This document shows positions 25,085 to 37,660 of a stretch of DNA of 64,000 nucleotides, piece after piece. The position numbers and the translations under genes were made by a program. The notes beneath the pieces are model-generated. The model saw nothing but the letters and a program-made list of their open reading frames with translations, was not told where the DNA came from and ran no database searches. The stretch is from Octopus bimaculoides (Eukaryota): the NCBI RefSeq assembly GCF_001194135.2, contig NC_068983.1:53156280-53220279 (forward strand). Direction: 5' to 3'. Each line of letters starts with the position of its first letter. The stretch's first letter is position 1.

Positions 25085-27059
25085 TGAATTAGGAAATATA
25101 TATGAAACAAATTTAAATTAAGAATGGATAAACTTATATATTAGTAGACCATATCATAGAAAAATGCAAGAACAAATTCAATGCACTGATACAACAACCA
25201 CAGTATCCTTTAAAATGCACCAACTACATATAGTTTATATAACAAGAACCAAGTGCACCTTGGTTACAGGATGGATTAGTATATCATTAAAATGAAAATA
25301 ACTCATAAAACTTGTCCACAAACTCACAGCTATAATATATTACAAAAACACAGAAATGAGAAACCTTATCATCAACACAAAACTACACATCAAACAACCA
25401 ATGTAATGTACAAATTTCAATGTAAACATGAAAGTGGTAAAAACGTCATTGCTCAAAGTGTTACATTGGACGTACAAGTATGGCATTTTCTTGATGATTG
25501 ACCATGCATCTACAACGAGAAACTGAACCAACATATAGTACAGTGCACAAAAGAAATTTAGATCAAAAATAATTAGCTGACAAAATACAAACCAAAACTG
25601 AACCACAGATACAGCACACATAAAATAAAGCATAAAATGTGCCAAAGCATAACTGTTGAATAATTTAAAATCTGGTATTAATGACATTGCCAGTTATAAC
25701 AGTATTCTCATACTCCTCTTTGACCTACTGCAAAATGCCCAAACTGTGCATCATTATTACTGTCATCTCATTCTGATGAAATCAAGACAGTCTTGAAACA
25801 TTAGCAAACTAATGGATATAGGAATTCTACCAAACCTAAAAGTCTAATAAAGAAATATGTGAAATCATTGATAATGATTAAACTATAATATAGTCATGTC
25901 TTTAACAAGAAACATACACATATACACAGACACACAATTTGCAAACATTTTTTCTCTTCCAGCTACAATCTTAAATATTGTAATCCGAATTATCTGTATT
26001 TGTCATTATTAATGGCTAGCCCATTATTAACTACTCAAGTATTTCTATTTCTGTCATTATTCCACAACCAGTGTTTGAGATAATAAGCAACTGCAAAATA
26101 TAATATAAATTAATGCAACAACAATAACAAATAATTGCTTAATCTGTTTTTAATTTCTCAATCAATAATTAATATGTAGAAAATACAGATGCAAGAGACA
26201 ACCACAATAAAATAATATACAAGGTTTCTTTTATTTCCTATATACCATCAGATAGTAGACCTCTGCCAGCCTAAGTGGTACCATATAATTCACTGTAGTT
26301 AAACAGCATGTGTTAACTTCCAAATGCTCATAAAGTACAAGTTTGAATGAGACGAATTCACACAGAGAAAATAATCAATTTTTGTTGCAAAATTCATAAA
26401 AACAAAGTTTGAGTTGATATATAGTGTAGAAGCAATGTTGCACATATGTGTTTGAAAAGTCAGCATTTAATTTATGTTTGTGAAGAACAAGTTTATTTGG
26501 AGCATATGTATGGTGTAAATGTGAACTGTTCTTGAGATAACTATTGAGAAATTGGCCTATTTCCTTAGTAACCTGGTGGTATAGAGATACAGCAAATCAA
26601 TATCCTATTAATCTGAAATATGTTGTATTAATGATCAGTTTTAGTGATTCCTTTTTTTTTTTTTTTGGCTAAATCCTGTCAAAGAGTGAGTACGCTCTTT
26701 TGAGTTCTGTTTTTATACCCAATACATGTTTGAGAAGTAATGCTTTCCCATTGGTCTAATAAGCTGCTGAAAACTGGTGAATGACTAAAATTTCCCCTCT
26801 TTGCATATGGGATGCTACAAATGCAGTATTGTCCATTTACTGTTCATAAAATCCACTACGCAAAGTAATAAATAACTACAATAACAAACTCATAAAATAC
26901 ATCTTTCACTGAAGAAAATGTGAGGAAATATATTAACTGGCTAATTAACTGCACATGTTCAATGCAATTAGTTCAAACCAGCAAGTCTAATAACCTTGAC
27001 CATATCATTTCTGTTATCCTGAAACATTACATCTGAGATTTAGTTCACAAAACACTTTA

Positions 27060-27520
27060 GTTTCGCCCTCTGTACAGAGATCTAGTCATTCCCAAGATAG
27101 ACAGATAGCTTCTCTAATCCTGCTAACAATTGTCTTACCTAGTGCACACACTTACAGTATCTACGAGATAATGGAGACAGTTATTAACAATAACATTCTC
27201 CAACACCTTGAATCTCTCTCTCCTTAACACTATCAGCATGGTTTCCCCATAGCCAAAGAGAGTTTATTCTATGTTCTTCACCAATGGGATCTTACCTTGG
27301 AGAAATTTAAAGGAAAGTTGTTGTTTTCAACCTCAGGAAACTTTCAGTGACATCAGGCATACGTACTTATCAAAACTGCCCATAGAGTGGTACCATCTGT
27401 GTCGCATATCTTCAATTGATAACTTGCTATCAGATTGCACGATTGTAGTGTGTTTTGAGAGATCTTTCTGTTCCTCAGTCTATAAAACTCTGGCATACTT
27501 CTGGCTTTGGTTTTGTTCCC
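27060..27520 (+). mobile_element. Decayed CR1/L2-type LINE reverse transcriptase fragment
   Basis: Frameshifted peptides SNPAN...EIMETVINNNILQHLESL..HYQHGF, FYVLHQWDLTLEKF and YLSKLP...LLSDCTIVV follow the order of CR1/L2 RT motifs. Confidence 0.6.
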
Positions 27521-27935
27521 TACTATCTTTCTTCTTTACTGTTCTGTTCCACTGGATGTGGAGTGTCAGTGTGCATGAGTGACTGAGTAAGAGAAGTTGA
27601 GAATAAGAGGAATTAGATGCTGTGTACAAGGGAGAAGCCCGTGTTAGTGTGAACATAAGAAGTGTATAGAAGATGACAGCTATATTTAGAAATGCAAGAT
27701 GCTGAAAGTAAAAGAAGACACAGAAAAAGATAGGTTAAAGTGGTGAATACTGATATTGGGATGTTGAGCTTTATGGAGAAGTTGACAAAGGATCGTTGAT
27801 ATGAAGTGCTGGACACAATCACCCATGCAAACTATGATATTAAGAGTAGAGGTAGAGATGGTCACTGACTTGGATAATGTATGGACACATATATGTATTT
27901 ACAGACCAACATGCATATACATGGGCAGACACATG

Positions 27936-28009
<74 letters not shown>

Positions 28010-28453
28010 TACATACATGTTTGTATTTGTAGGTGTGTGTTTATGTATGTATGTATGTGCACTTAGATGAGTTTATCATCTAATATGTCCTTGTTAAGCC
28101 TGCATTCTACTGCCTCCTCCATCTTTATTAGACTCTCACCTCTTTATCACTCAGTGCTCCATCACTCATTCACTCTTCTACCAATCATTCACTTTTTCTC
28201 CACCCATTGTTTCTTTATTTTGTTCTATTCATAATTGATGAAGGTAGAGTCTGTTCTTTACTACCATTCATCACTCCTTCTTGTCTAAGCCACTCGTTAT
28301 TGACATACATTGTTGACTCTTACCATTTATCTCCTTCTCCTCCTCCTCCCCATTACTGTCCATTCTCTCTCCCACTCCACTCATGCAGCCATCAACCATT
28401 CTTTCTGATAATTTTTTTATCATTTATGTTCCATCTTCTACTTGCCTTCTCAG

Positions 28454-28487
28454 ATATGTTACTTGAAGGGTACAAACCCATCATAAG
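28454..28487 (+). CDS. Candidate 34-bp exon (xMLLEGYKPIIR, phase 1-2)
   Basis: Strong acceptor cttctacttgccttctcag and donor AAG|gtaaga. Only one frame is open. Not linkable to the other exons with certainty. Confidence 0.3.
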
Positions 28488-29249
28488 GTAAGAGAATTTG
28501 TTAAGTTAGTGGTGGTAGTAAGGACATCCAAATTATATATAAAAACAAGTTAAAAAGCAATGTTTGAACGTAATATGGTCTTCTATTGTATCTGGAAGAG
28601 TAGTAACTCTGAATAATCTATGCAACCCATGCCAGCAAGGAAAGTAGACATGAAATTTTGTTGATGATGGACTAGAAATTAAGACTAGGTAACAAGAAGG
28701 GTGGCCAGTCTTACTTAGAAATGTGCTTAGAGGAAGCTTTCCCTGCCAGGTCAAGTAGTGGTGCTGGATGCCTGCCTCACCACCATTATTGTTTCCTGCT
28801 TGACTGTTGCACCTTATCCCAATTACTGCCCAATCTGATTAGGCATCTCCTATTCAAATTCTTATAGAAGAGATGTTTCATTGTTTAGGCAATCCATCTG
28901 CAGTCAGTACTTTCTACATGGTAGGTAAAGCATGCTTTGGTTGCTGATGTATGGACTCATACTGAGGCTGCACAACCTGCCGAGTTTTTTAGATGGTGAA
29001 TGAATGTTACCATCTGTGAATCATACTTTTGCACCACTCATCTCTTTAAAAGAGTAAAGCAAAGATGGAGATTGGATACTTGGCATTTACTATGTCATTC
29101 AGGCTCTTATTTTCTCTAGGCAACAAGATTGATGGATGTTCTATTCTAGCAATTCATACAGGATTATTTGCAGAAAGAATGATCATGTTGTTAGGTAAGC
29201 TCTGGGTGTGAACAAAAATGAACTGGCGAGTATTTTCTGGAGAACTTCC

Positions 29250-29850
29250 AGATCAAGGGTTAGTATGGATAACTTCCAGAAGTCCTTGGTTTAGAAGTGC
29301 TCATGAAGGGCTCTACCAGTTTAGAAACTGCTATCAGATGGGTGTATCCAAGATACACACTGGACTATGAAACTGTTCTGCATGCACTTGTTCAGTGTCT
29401 GACACAGTGTTGGCTTGTGGAGCTGTTTGATTTAACTGCTTTTGTTGTGGGATAAAACTGGTTTTCAGTCAAGTCCATTGTGATGATTGCCCTAATGTCA
29501 TCATTTAACTGGATAGGAAAGACAATTTTTGTCTGATGGTGTCTATAATGAAAGGGGTTGTGTAGAGGACAGAGACTTTACATTTCAGAAGACCTCATAA
29601 ACTTTTCAAATTCTCTCTGAAAAGGAAGGTTTGTTGGGGTGGAGGTGCCATCCTTGGATGAATCTGTTGAAAGTAGGTGAGAGTTGTGAAAATGACGAAT
29701 GAATGGGAATGCTCTTAATACAAACTTGTAAGCTGGAAAACAACGGTTGGAGAGGGCACTTATCTATAGTGTTCAAAGACTTCTTGGATCTCTGATTTTC
29801 TTTGATTGGCCCTAGAGAGAGGTTTCCTGTATAGACGGACTTCGGTATCA
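29250..29850 (-). mobile_element. Probable decayed Penelope-like element (C-terminal/GIY-YIG region)
   Basis: Minus-strand remnant ..VQCVSW..F*TGRALHEHF resembles the GIY-YIG motif 'YIGETGR.L..RF.EH'. Heavily degraded. Confidence 0.4.
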
Positions 29851-30957
29851 TCTTTGATTAGTGATATACTATGTGTACTTGGTTATTTATTATTCATTTT
29901 CCATTCTTAGGTCTGCATGAAAGGATTTTATTTATCCAAAAGGTTAAGAGCCAGTATCTTATATATGGGCAAATCCTTTAGTTTTCATACTAACCATTCA
30001 TTGCTAAAGTGACCATAGTGCTAGATTGCATTTATCATTGTCTGGTTTTTACTTCTGCTCTTAATTCTCTCAACATCAAGCCTATTGTCTATGGCTAATG
30101 TTGCACTCTGCATGCTGCTTAATGCTGGCCTCCATAAATATTAACTAAAACACACACACACACACTCTCTTTTTGATGACCTAACCATTTCATCTGGAAT
30201 CTACTCTCTGTTCCTTCTACGTCCCCAACTCATTTGTCTCCCTTGACCATGGTTGACTAAATAACTTTTCTAAATCCTTTTATGTCTTTATTTACTCATG
30301 TATGTATGTTTTTACTTATTCTTTCTTTTATTTACTTGTTTTGTATATTCTTATATTCTATTTTTATTTTGCTTTGATTCATCTCACATTCCTCTCATTT
30401 ATTTTACTTATTTAACTTTTTAACGCATCTTTTCATTCATGCTTATGAACCCTATCCTAGCATTTATTATTTTTTTTTTTTTTGCTACTTCCCCACTAGG
30501 AATTATGTTAGCTCTTCTATTTTATATATTAATCCCTGCATCAATCAATTCACCCCGTTTACAAGAACCATTCAAGTGGCTTTGCCATGACATGCTCTCT
30601 TGAACCTAAACATATATATTTGAGTAATAACTACAGCTATTCCATTGAATAACTACACCAAAACTTTTCCCGAAACAGTCACTTATCACTATAAATAACA
30701 ACAGAACCTCTACTTGGTGTATTCAGTACCATAATTTAGTTGTGGTTCCTTCAGTTTCTATCAGAATCACCAACACACACACACACATACACACAAGTAG
30801 AATAATAAATGAAATGAGATATGAGGAAAGCTTCTAACAATGCAGAAAGTTTTTAAAACCTTTAAAACCTTCATATTTTGGGTGCAATGGCCTATTTTCA
30901 GAAGGATACAATCAAAGAAATGTGTGTCTATGTAGATTTTGTCATCATCCTCATCCT

Positions 30958-31436
30958 CCTCATCATCATCATCATTTAACGTCCGCTTTCCATGCTGGCA
31001 TGGGTCGGACAGTTTGACTGAGGACTGGTGAGCCAGCAGCTGCACCAGGCTCCAATCTGACTTGGCAGAGTTTCTACAGCTGGATGCCCTTCCTTACGCC
31101 AACCACTCTGAGAGTGTAGGGGGTGCTTTTCATGTGCCACCAGCTTAAGTGCCAGTCAGGCAAGCCTGGCATCAATCACATTCAGATAGTGCTTTTTACA
31201 TGCCACCAGCATGGGAACAAGTCAGGGAGCACTGGCATTGGCCACATTCAGCTGGTACTTTTTACATACCACTGGCACAGGAGCCAGTCAGGTGGCTCTG
31301 GCATCGATCACATTCAGATTGTGCTTTTTATGTGCCACTGGTATGGGAGCCAGTCAGGGGGCACTGGCATCGACCACATTTGGAAGATACATTTTGCATG
31401 CCACCAGGACGGGAGCCAGTCAAGGGGCACTGGCCA
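30958..31436 (-). mobile_element. RTE-type 3' tail element containing a five-unit 66-bp tandem array
   Basis: Tail at 30958-31122. Units gtgctttttatgtgccactgg...cacattcagat repeat every 66 bp from ~31123, visible as a 22-aa period in the ORF track. Confidence 0.9.
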
Positions 31437-31464
31437 CACATACACACTCACACACACACACACA

Positions 31465-31520
<56 letters not shown>

Positions 31521-32799
31521 TGCTTATATATTCCCATGTACACATACATATATGTGAATCCTTACACACATGCACACACACTCTCACACAGGTGTATATA
31601 GCAAAATAAGGTTTTAAATAAATAATCAACAAACAGAACTTAACATTAATAGAAGACTACACTGAAGTATAAAGTCAAATATTTATTATAAGAATGTTGA
31701 TTGGTACTTTGAAGTCTCCATTGCGGTAGTTTATTCAAATTTAATGAAAGGTGGATGTTGCAGCTTTATTTACTGTTGGAGATTATTGATAGGTGAGTAG
31801 AATCAGTCAAAACTGGGAAGGTTAAGACTTTGGGCTAAATTACATTTTGATGATTAGCTGTTTTCAAAATTTAGTCAAGAATAGAATGGAGTAGCACTAA
31901 ATAAAAATGTAGTATGGTTCCAGAAATGATTTATAGTTGAAGGAGCATACAAGATAAGAGACTTAAAATTGTGTAGTAATTGGAAATGTCTATGAAATAT
32001 TACAGTCAAAATGTGACTCTATGATTTGAAAATTTAAGTAATAGTGCTAGAGAATAGCCAGTTAAATGAAATAATTCTTAAGGTATATTTAGATTTACAA
32101 GTTATAACTGTATATCATTAGTTTCTTTTTGAAATAATGTAAAGGTCTTTAGGGGTGTTACTATGTTCCCTGAAATTTAGTGGACAAAGTTTCACAAGGT
32201 AGTAATTTCAATTAAAATTTTGAAATAAATTTGAAGATAAATTGATGATTGTATTGAGAGGTATTCTTTGACATTATTCTTAACTGACAGCACCACTGAT
32301 AGATCATTCTAGAGAATGAAAGAATGATTTTGAAAGTTTAAGTGCAGGGTATATAATTTAAGATTGGGAAAACATTTGGCAAATAATTGAAAGATAATGA
32401 AATCAGGATGTGATATTAATGAAGGATATAACTAACTTAAAATAATTTAAAGTGTGGTTGTTTATCCCTTTCATGAAGAGGAAAAACACTTTAAAGAATT
32501 TAAAAATAAACAAATATAGACTTTGTTAATGTGATAAATGATTTTTCAGCTGAAAAATAATGAAATAAGTTTGAGTTATATGTCAGTTAGATATGGCATT
32601 GCACTAAGTAAAAAGGTGATATAGCTTAAACTGTAATCTATGAGTACGGTGCAGATAATTTGGGTTGTAAGTACAAAAACTTGTAGTTGAGTACATAGGA
32701 TTTTAACCAAATTAGTGAAATTAAAGATAAGCTAAGTATGTTAACATTATTTACATTATTTACATTTGACGGATATTTGTCCTCATCTTGTTTGTTGTT

Positions 32800-32845
32800 A
32801 ACACAACGTTTCGGCTGATATACCCTCCAGCCTTTGTCAGGTGTC
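32800..32845 (-). ncRNA. Minimal type-I hammerhead, mutated core (CUGACAA)
   Basis: Reverse-complement copy of 33087-33132 with G8 changed to A (position 32835). Confidence 0.65.
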
Positions 32846-33086
32846 TTGGGGAAATTTCGAACCTGGGTTCTCATTCCTAACGATGTTACTATTATTATAT
32901 TATTATTATTATTATTATTACTATTATTAATCAGGTCACTGCCGTGAATCGAACTCGGAACCTTGGGGTTAGTAGCCCGCGCTCTTAACCACTACGCAAT
33001 AGTAATAATAATAGTAATAATAATAATAATAATATAATAATAGTAACATCGTTAGGAATGAGAACCCAGGTTCGAAATTTCCCCAA

Positions 33087-33132
33087 GACACCTGACGAAG
33101 GCTGGAGGGTATATCAGCCGAAACGTTGTGTT
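33087..33132 (+). ncRNA. Minimal type-I hammerhead ribozyme (Penelope pLTR type)
   Basis: gacac-CTGACGA-a-ggctg(gagggtatat)cagcc-GAAA-c-g-TT-gtgtt. Stem I gacac/gtgtt, 5-bp stem II, loop-less palindromic helix III (ACGT), GUU cleavage triplet. Confidence 0.75.
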
Positions 33133-33943
33133 AACAACAAACAAGATGAGGACAAATATCCGTCAAATGTAAATAATGTAAATAATGTTAATAATTCCTC
33201 ATCTCTTAAATATAGAACTGTATTAAGCTAAGTATGGTTTAATTAAAGATAAGGCAAACAATCCTCGGTTATTTAGAGCAGTTAGGACAATAATCATTGT
33301 TAACTACAAAGAATCCAGACTGAAATAGTGATGTGGTACTCTGAGAAGTCTTGCATAGAAGAACCTGGATGAAATGTCTTTGTTTACTAGAGTGTAGGAA
33401 TCTGTTCATTTTGGTGTAGCTAAATGGAAAGCAGGTGCATATGTCATTGACTTGTATAGCGATTATTTCAAGTTTGCACAACCACTAAACAGAAAAAGTC
33501 AATTATTTAAATTTAATGTGTGAGCATAAACTTCAAGTCATGGGGAAAGAAAATTGTTAATGCAACTGAAGTGATGAATTGACAATCAAAATACAAATGC
33601 ATGAGTGAATATACATACTTAAATTCAAACAGTGATGATAAACATGAAATAATAATACAATTAAATATGAGGATGTACAGACATATATGTGGGTGCATGC
33701 ACACACACACAACTTGAGACACAATTGCATAAGTCAATGTATAAAAGAAAAAATTATAAACACTTAAGTAAGCATAATACATACATACATGCACACACTT
33801 ACTGCCACACACACACACACACACACACAAATGTGTGTTTTTTGTGTATGAACATGCGATAAGGTATGTATATATACCTGTAAAATACTTTTGTCCACAT
33901 ATTTGCATAAGCATAAATATATATATGTGTTTTACATTCATTT

Positions 33944-34340
33944 GAAACCGGTCAGGTAGATCCATTTTTTCTGTCGACGGAGAGAAAGGAAAAGACATTT
34001 CTTTGCAATTGTTACAATACAGCAATCACTCCAATGTGTTGGGAAACTTTGTATAGACTGTAATATACAACAGATATTGTGGAGAGAAAATGCTGTTTAG
34101 TGCAAAAAGTTCTAATGGATTTGGATAAATCACTGATGAAGCACTTATTTATGCAAATCAAACTTATCAGTTCATTTTATTAACTACATTTAGTAACCAT
34201 TTATAGCTATAAGCTACATTTCTCTCCATGGATAGATCAAATGGTATTCTATCTCTGATGAGAGTCAAACAAGATTCGAAACCGGTCAGGTAGATCCATT
34301 TTTTTACTGTCCACAGAGAGAAAGAAAAAAGATATTTGCT
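33944..34340 (+). repeat. Imperfect ~60-bp direct repeat (33944-~34005 / 34278-~34340), pLTR-like, starting at the hammerhead GAAACCGGTC
   Basis: gaaaccggtcaggtagatccatttttt..ctgtc.ac.gagagaaag occurs twice. Confidence 0.8.
34248..34294 (+). ncRNA. Minimal type-I hammerhead ribozyme with intact core
   Basis: tctatct-CTGATGA-gagtc(aaacaa)gattc-GAAA-ccgg-TC-aggtaga. 7-bp stem I, 5-bp stem II, palindromic helix III ACCGGT, GUC triplet. Confidence 0.8.
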
Positions 34341-36842
34341 TACAAGTGTCACTGTGAACTAATGGCTCTGGTGTTGTGGAAAGAAGAGTACCTTGCACAA
34401 CACTGCCTATAAAGAAGAAACAGAAAGGTTTTATATACATACATTCATATATGTATATATATACACATACACATATAGGTGTGTGTGGGGGGGAGGAGTG
34501 TGTGGGCGAAAGTAGGTATACAGTTGCTGTGTACAAAGGTCTGCTTAAGTGTATTCTATCTCCAAAAGGAAATATTGAAATGAAAAGAACATTCCCTCAT
34601 ATTAAGCAACTATACACCTACTTTTACCCATCCCTGTGTGTGTGTGTATGTATGTATATATATATGTGTGTGTGTGTGTATGTATATATGTGTGTGTATG
34701 TATATATGTATGAGTGTGTGTGTGTGTGTGTAAATATAGATACATACTATAATATATATGGTATTAACTTACATGGTCTCTTATTAAAACAACTGTATCA
34801 TATACTATTTAATGGATTGGAGAGAATGGTGTGTAAACAGGTTCCTGTAAGAGTGGCCTGGTGTCTATCATGCTTTACAAATGCTGGTCTGCATAATGCT
34901 ACTCAAAACTCCAGCTGCCTCACTTGTGAAAGAGTTTTATATAGCAAAAGTTTGCCCTTATATGCTACTACAGGATTTCGTGGATAAAAGTTTCGGAGTA
35001 ACCTAGTCAAAAGTATTGGCAAGAATAAAATGTAGCATGAGGAATACTGTTACAGTGGCAGAGACTATTCTAGAAATGAAAGAGATGGTAGATACATTGC
35101 AGAACGCATGAGCAGATCACAGTAAGAGATCAAATGGATATTCTGTCAAACGCATGACAGCAAGTAAGATGTGGTGAGTCTAGAAACTCATTTTATGGAA
35201 GAAAAAGAGCATTCAGCTAAAGCAATAGAGTTAGGAAGCCAAGATATTAGAAGCGTCAGAGATTGAAGAATCAAATAAGCTACTTTGGGACATGTTTTGT
35301 AATACAACCTGTTATGATTTTTACTAAGACTAGTGTATGTTGTGTTGTCATTCTCAACCAATATTGGATTGTAAAATTGGAATGAGACTACTGAAAGTCT
35401 TCAGCATAAAGGCTATGCATCCTTGGGGTATGTTCTAGTGGCATGTAGAACATACAGCTTTAATGCAATGCATCTTGTGCCATTTAAGCATCATTATGGG
35501 CCTCAATGCAAAACAGTGTACTAGGGCTCCTATACATACAACCTGTATGAATGTTGTAGCATACAAAGATTAGCATTGGATATCTTGCTTTTATGGTGCT
35601 TCTGGCCAACTGCCCAGTGTGCCCATGTTCAGAGAGAGTACTGGTTTTACCTTGTAAGGAGAGTAAGAAAGGACAATACCTGAGGGTAAACAAAAGAAAA
35701 CATGGTATTTATGACTGTTTGATGCAGGTGGGTTTGAAGAAAGTGCCTATATTCCTGGATATGTTGTAATTATGTTATGTCCTGATCTCATTACACAGTT
35801 TGATTAATCAAAAATAATTATGAATGTTGAATTGACAGTATCTTGTGGAGGTAGTATGGAGTAGGAACAAGAAGGAAATCCTCTAATTTATGGAGATGTA
35901 GAGGATCATTGCAGTTGTTTGCACTTGATCCTAAATTGTTGAAGTTGGTCCTTAGAGAGGACAGCAAAGGAGTGATTAATAAGCTGGGGAGAGAAGAAAA
36001 TGGTTCACTAGGGAGAGGCGTGGTCCCAGGAATTTTTCGAAGGGAAAGCACAAGATCAGAAGAGAAATACGATTCCAGGCAAAAAGAGCATAACATTATC
36101 TAGAAGCGTGCACTTCTTTTCTTGAGGGGGGTATGTGCCCCTCAGGCTCCCTCCCCTTGGATCCTTGGGGGATATGGCAAACATATCCAAGAGAAAGAAC
36201 AAAGCTGAAAGCAAGCAAACAAAAAAAATACTCAGGTAGTTGTAAAATGTAATAGTTGCTGCATGGTTGGTGTGATTTATGTGCTGGCTGCATATACCAT
36301 GAGGAGAAAGGTTTGCTACACCATAGGCCAAAAGAACCTGTTCATAACTTGGCACTACAAACAGAAGGTGCTAAAAATCATTGTGATCTCCAATTGATAT
36401 GTGATGAAGGGCATGTCCAGCACTACAAATTCTATGTAAAGTATATCCACATACATATACATCCATATGTGTGAATGTGTAGACAAACTGTCCATTTTTA
36501 GCATTTTCTAAATGTACCTGTGTGCATGAATAAGCAGACTCGTACAAATTTGTTTCTGTGGTATGTGTTTCTGCAAGAGAACTATAATGTGACATCAGAA
36601 AATGTTTAAAATAGTAATGTGTATCAGCATGAAAGATGTACAATAGAATATAATATGCTAAGTAGAATCACCTGTCCCAAAATATATGCAAAATAACATT
36701 ATGTCTAGACATGCCTTTTGTGAAAATATTTTAGGAAAATGAAGCCACCATAGCAAGCTGGTTATTTGTTTCCAGTTGACTTTCAGCATTTCAAACAAGC
36801 TTCCTCTGTGTTTTGAAAATACAAATACTATCTATGAAAGTA

Positions 36843-36985
36843 CAGGAATGGCTTGTTGTTAAGAAATTTGCTTAACAACCAAGTGGTTTCAGGTTCAATC
36901 TCACTGTGCCGCAGAGTGACATAGTGTCTTCTTGTATGGCTCTGAACCAACTGATGTTTTGGGAGTGGAATTTGTAGACATAAAC
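36843..36985 (+). mobile_element. Degenerate OK/OR-like SINE 5' part followed by long (TG)/(CA)-rich microsatellite
   Basis: caggaatggcttgttgttaagaaatttgcttaacaacc...caggttcaatctcactg. Confidence 0.7.
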
Positions 36986-36999
36986 TGTATCGAAGCCTG

Positions 37000-37613
37000 T
37001 TGTGTGTGTGTGTGTGTGTTTGTGCGCATGTGTACATGTGCATGTATGTGTGTGTGTGTGCATGCACATGTGTATATGTGTGTGCGTGCATGCACATGTG
37101 TATATGTGTGTGGGCATATATATATGAATGTTTCTTGATGTATATATATGGATGCATGCGTATGTGTGTATGTGTGCATGCACACATGTATGTGTGTGTG
37201 GGCATATATATGAGTGTGTCTTGGTGTATATGCATGGATGTGTGTGTGTGTGTGTATGGGTCTGTACATGTGTACAAGCTTCCTGCCTCTGCAAAATGTT
37301 GATGTAACGTTTACATTCTTTGTTGACATTACAACCAATTAGTCTACACTTTTGAAGACCTATAGCATAAAAAAAAATCCCTTGTGAAATAGACAAGGGT
37401 TGGCAACAGAAAGGTCATCCAGCTATAAAATATTGCCTCATGTCGCCATAAAATTCATGCTGGCAATGAAAAATATGGTATATAAATGAACAAGCAGTGA
37501 ATGGTATCTGTTTGTATAACATACACTCACACACACACACCTGTGTATGTGTGTGAATTTATGTGTGTGTATTATACATACACAGACACACATATATACT
37601 GTATATATACTAC

Positions 37614-37660
<47 letters not shown>

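Larger units (their letters stand above)
32741..33223. mobile_element. TSD-flanked inverted-duplicated non-autonomous retroelement: tRNA-derived head + (TAA)n + Penelope-type hammerhead body
   Basis: Arms 32741-~32928 and ~32998-33191 are reverse complements, with one substitution outside the microsatellite. The centre (32931-32997, minus strand) is a tRNA-like head, gcgtagtggttaagagcgcgggctactaaccccaaggttccgagttcgattcacgg. Direct repeat taagctaagtatg at 32728-32740 and 33224-33236. Confidence 0.85.

Noticed and set aside
25773-25800. CTGATGA...GAAA hammerhead-like spacing
   Set aside because: Stem II has a 1-nt loop and there is no valid helix III/NUH or stem I.
27365-27482. Minus-strand exon-like ORF TEEQKDLSKH...MGSFDK
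   Set aside because: It overlaps the + strand CR1/L2 RT remnant, which explains the sequence better.
32931-32997. Functional tRNA gene (also the heads at 11660-11726 and 15793-15870)
   Set aside because: No complete acceptor stem; each is fused to a repeat body, so these are SINE heads.
35280-36360. Possible CR1-type LINE remnant on the minus strand
   Set aside because: The motif resemblance is too weak to support by eye.
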